In this document: positions 22,671-23,570 of the stretch, one piece after another
Layout of the letters: each line of letters begins with the position of its first letter
Numbering within the stretch: position 1 is the first letter of the stretch
NCBI RefSeq assembly: GCF_006345805.1
Contig: NW_021836799.1
Location: forward strand, 1-23,570
Length of the DNA: 23,570 nucleotides
Reading direction: 5' to 3'
Source: Octopus sinensis
Taxonomy: Eukaryota
Notes under the pieces: generated by a model
What the model saw: only the letters and a program-made list of their open reading frames with translations
Told to the model about the DNA's origin: nothing
Database searches by the model: none
Position numbers and translations under genes: made by a program

Positions 22671-22841
22671 AATGTCAACATTATCTTCAACAAAGACAAC
22701 TACAGCAAGTAGAAGTAATGCCAGCAACAGTAGCAACAATAACATCGTTAGGACTTACAACAAGTATGACTCGGAAAAGCGTTCAAGCTTGGGGAAACAA
22801 TGCCGCACTGATGATGTATGATGTGGAAACTGAGTGGGGGT

Positions 22842-22908
22842 GGAAAGGAGAGAGGTGAGAGAGGTAGAGAGAGTGGTAGAGAGAGGGAGCGGTAGGGAGC
22901 GCGAGAGG

Positions 22909-22941
<33 letters not shown>

Positions 22942-23075
22942 GTAGGGAGCGCGAGAGGTAGAGAGAGAGAGAGGTGGAGAGAGAGAGAGGTAGAGAGAGA
23001 GAGAGAGGTGGAGAGTAGACGTCTACAAAGTGTGTGTGTGCGCGTGCGAGTATGTGTGTGAGTGTGTGTGAGTGT

Positions 23076-23112
<37 letters not shown>

Positions 23113-23340
23113 GTGTACCTTGGCAAGGGAATTAGTAAATGTTGAGAAGGTAAGAGAGTAAAGAAAGAAGGGAAAAGATTGAAAGAGAGAATGGAAGATT
23201 AAAAGAAAGCAGAGAGAGAGAGAGAGAGGATAGTGCGAAAGGAAGGGGAGATAGAGAGGAAAGTGGAGGGGGAAAAGGGAAAGCTAAAGAGAAACAAAAG
23301 GAGTTCGGAGGGTAAAGAGATATGAGGAGGGAGGGGAGTT
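22842..23340. repeat. Polypurine (GA)n-rich tracts separated by (GT)n
   Basis: Seen directly. Includes a duplicated GAGCGGTAGGGAGCGCGAGAG at ~22887 and ~22937. Confidence 0.92.
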
Positions 23341-23570
23341 CATAAATGTTGGACATAACAAAGAGTCAGAAGCTACGTTAAAGCATCCATTTAACCATTC
23401 ATTCGACCACCCCAACCCACCTCATCAGTCTGTCATTACCCACAACTGCCACCACCCTCCTACTACCATCACCTCCACTTTCACGACCACAAACCACCCC
23501 CCCCCCCCCCCCCCTAACCTACCAGCACCCAGGCGCCAGCACCCCGACCTTAACTAACTTCCCATTTCCA

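Noticed and set aside
22807-22835. CTGATGA..GAAAC hammerhead
   Set aside because: The intervening 11 nt cannot form a credible stem II.
21216-23356. Poly-I/Y/L/S/T/V and ER-repeat ORFs
   Set aside because: Artefacts of tri- and dinucleotide repeats.

Overview
Eukaryotic, AT-rich, microsatellite-saturated non-coding DNA. The repeat content and style suggest an octopod (Octopus-like) cephalopod genome; this is inference from recognition, not a database result. No cellular protein-coding gene, rRNA, true tRNA gene or CRISPR array is supported. The main coding feature is a 5'-truncated minus-strand CR1/L2-group LINE (~2553-5790). Its endonuclease + reverse transcriptase ORF2 is broken only by two single-base A-run frameshifts; repaired it is 993 aa. 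At least four tRNA-headed SINE families are present (here called A, B, C and D) in about 18 full or partial copies, along with a short C-terminal fragment of an R4/Dong-like retrotransposon abutting a (TAA)n tract. The most notable observations are: the 3' tail of SINE A resembles the LINE 3' end; SINE modules are shared and swapped between families; a nested inverted SINE pair forms a long hairpin; and a minimal hammerhead-ribozyme-like motif with a U3-A8 covariation lies at ~18349-18387. Almost all ORFs in the supplied track are microsatellite artefacts.
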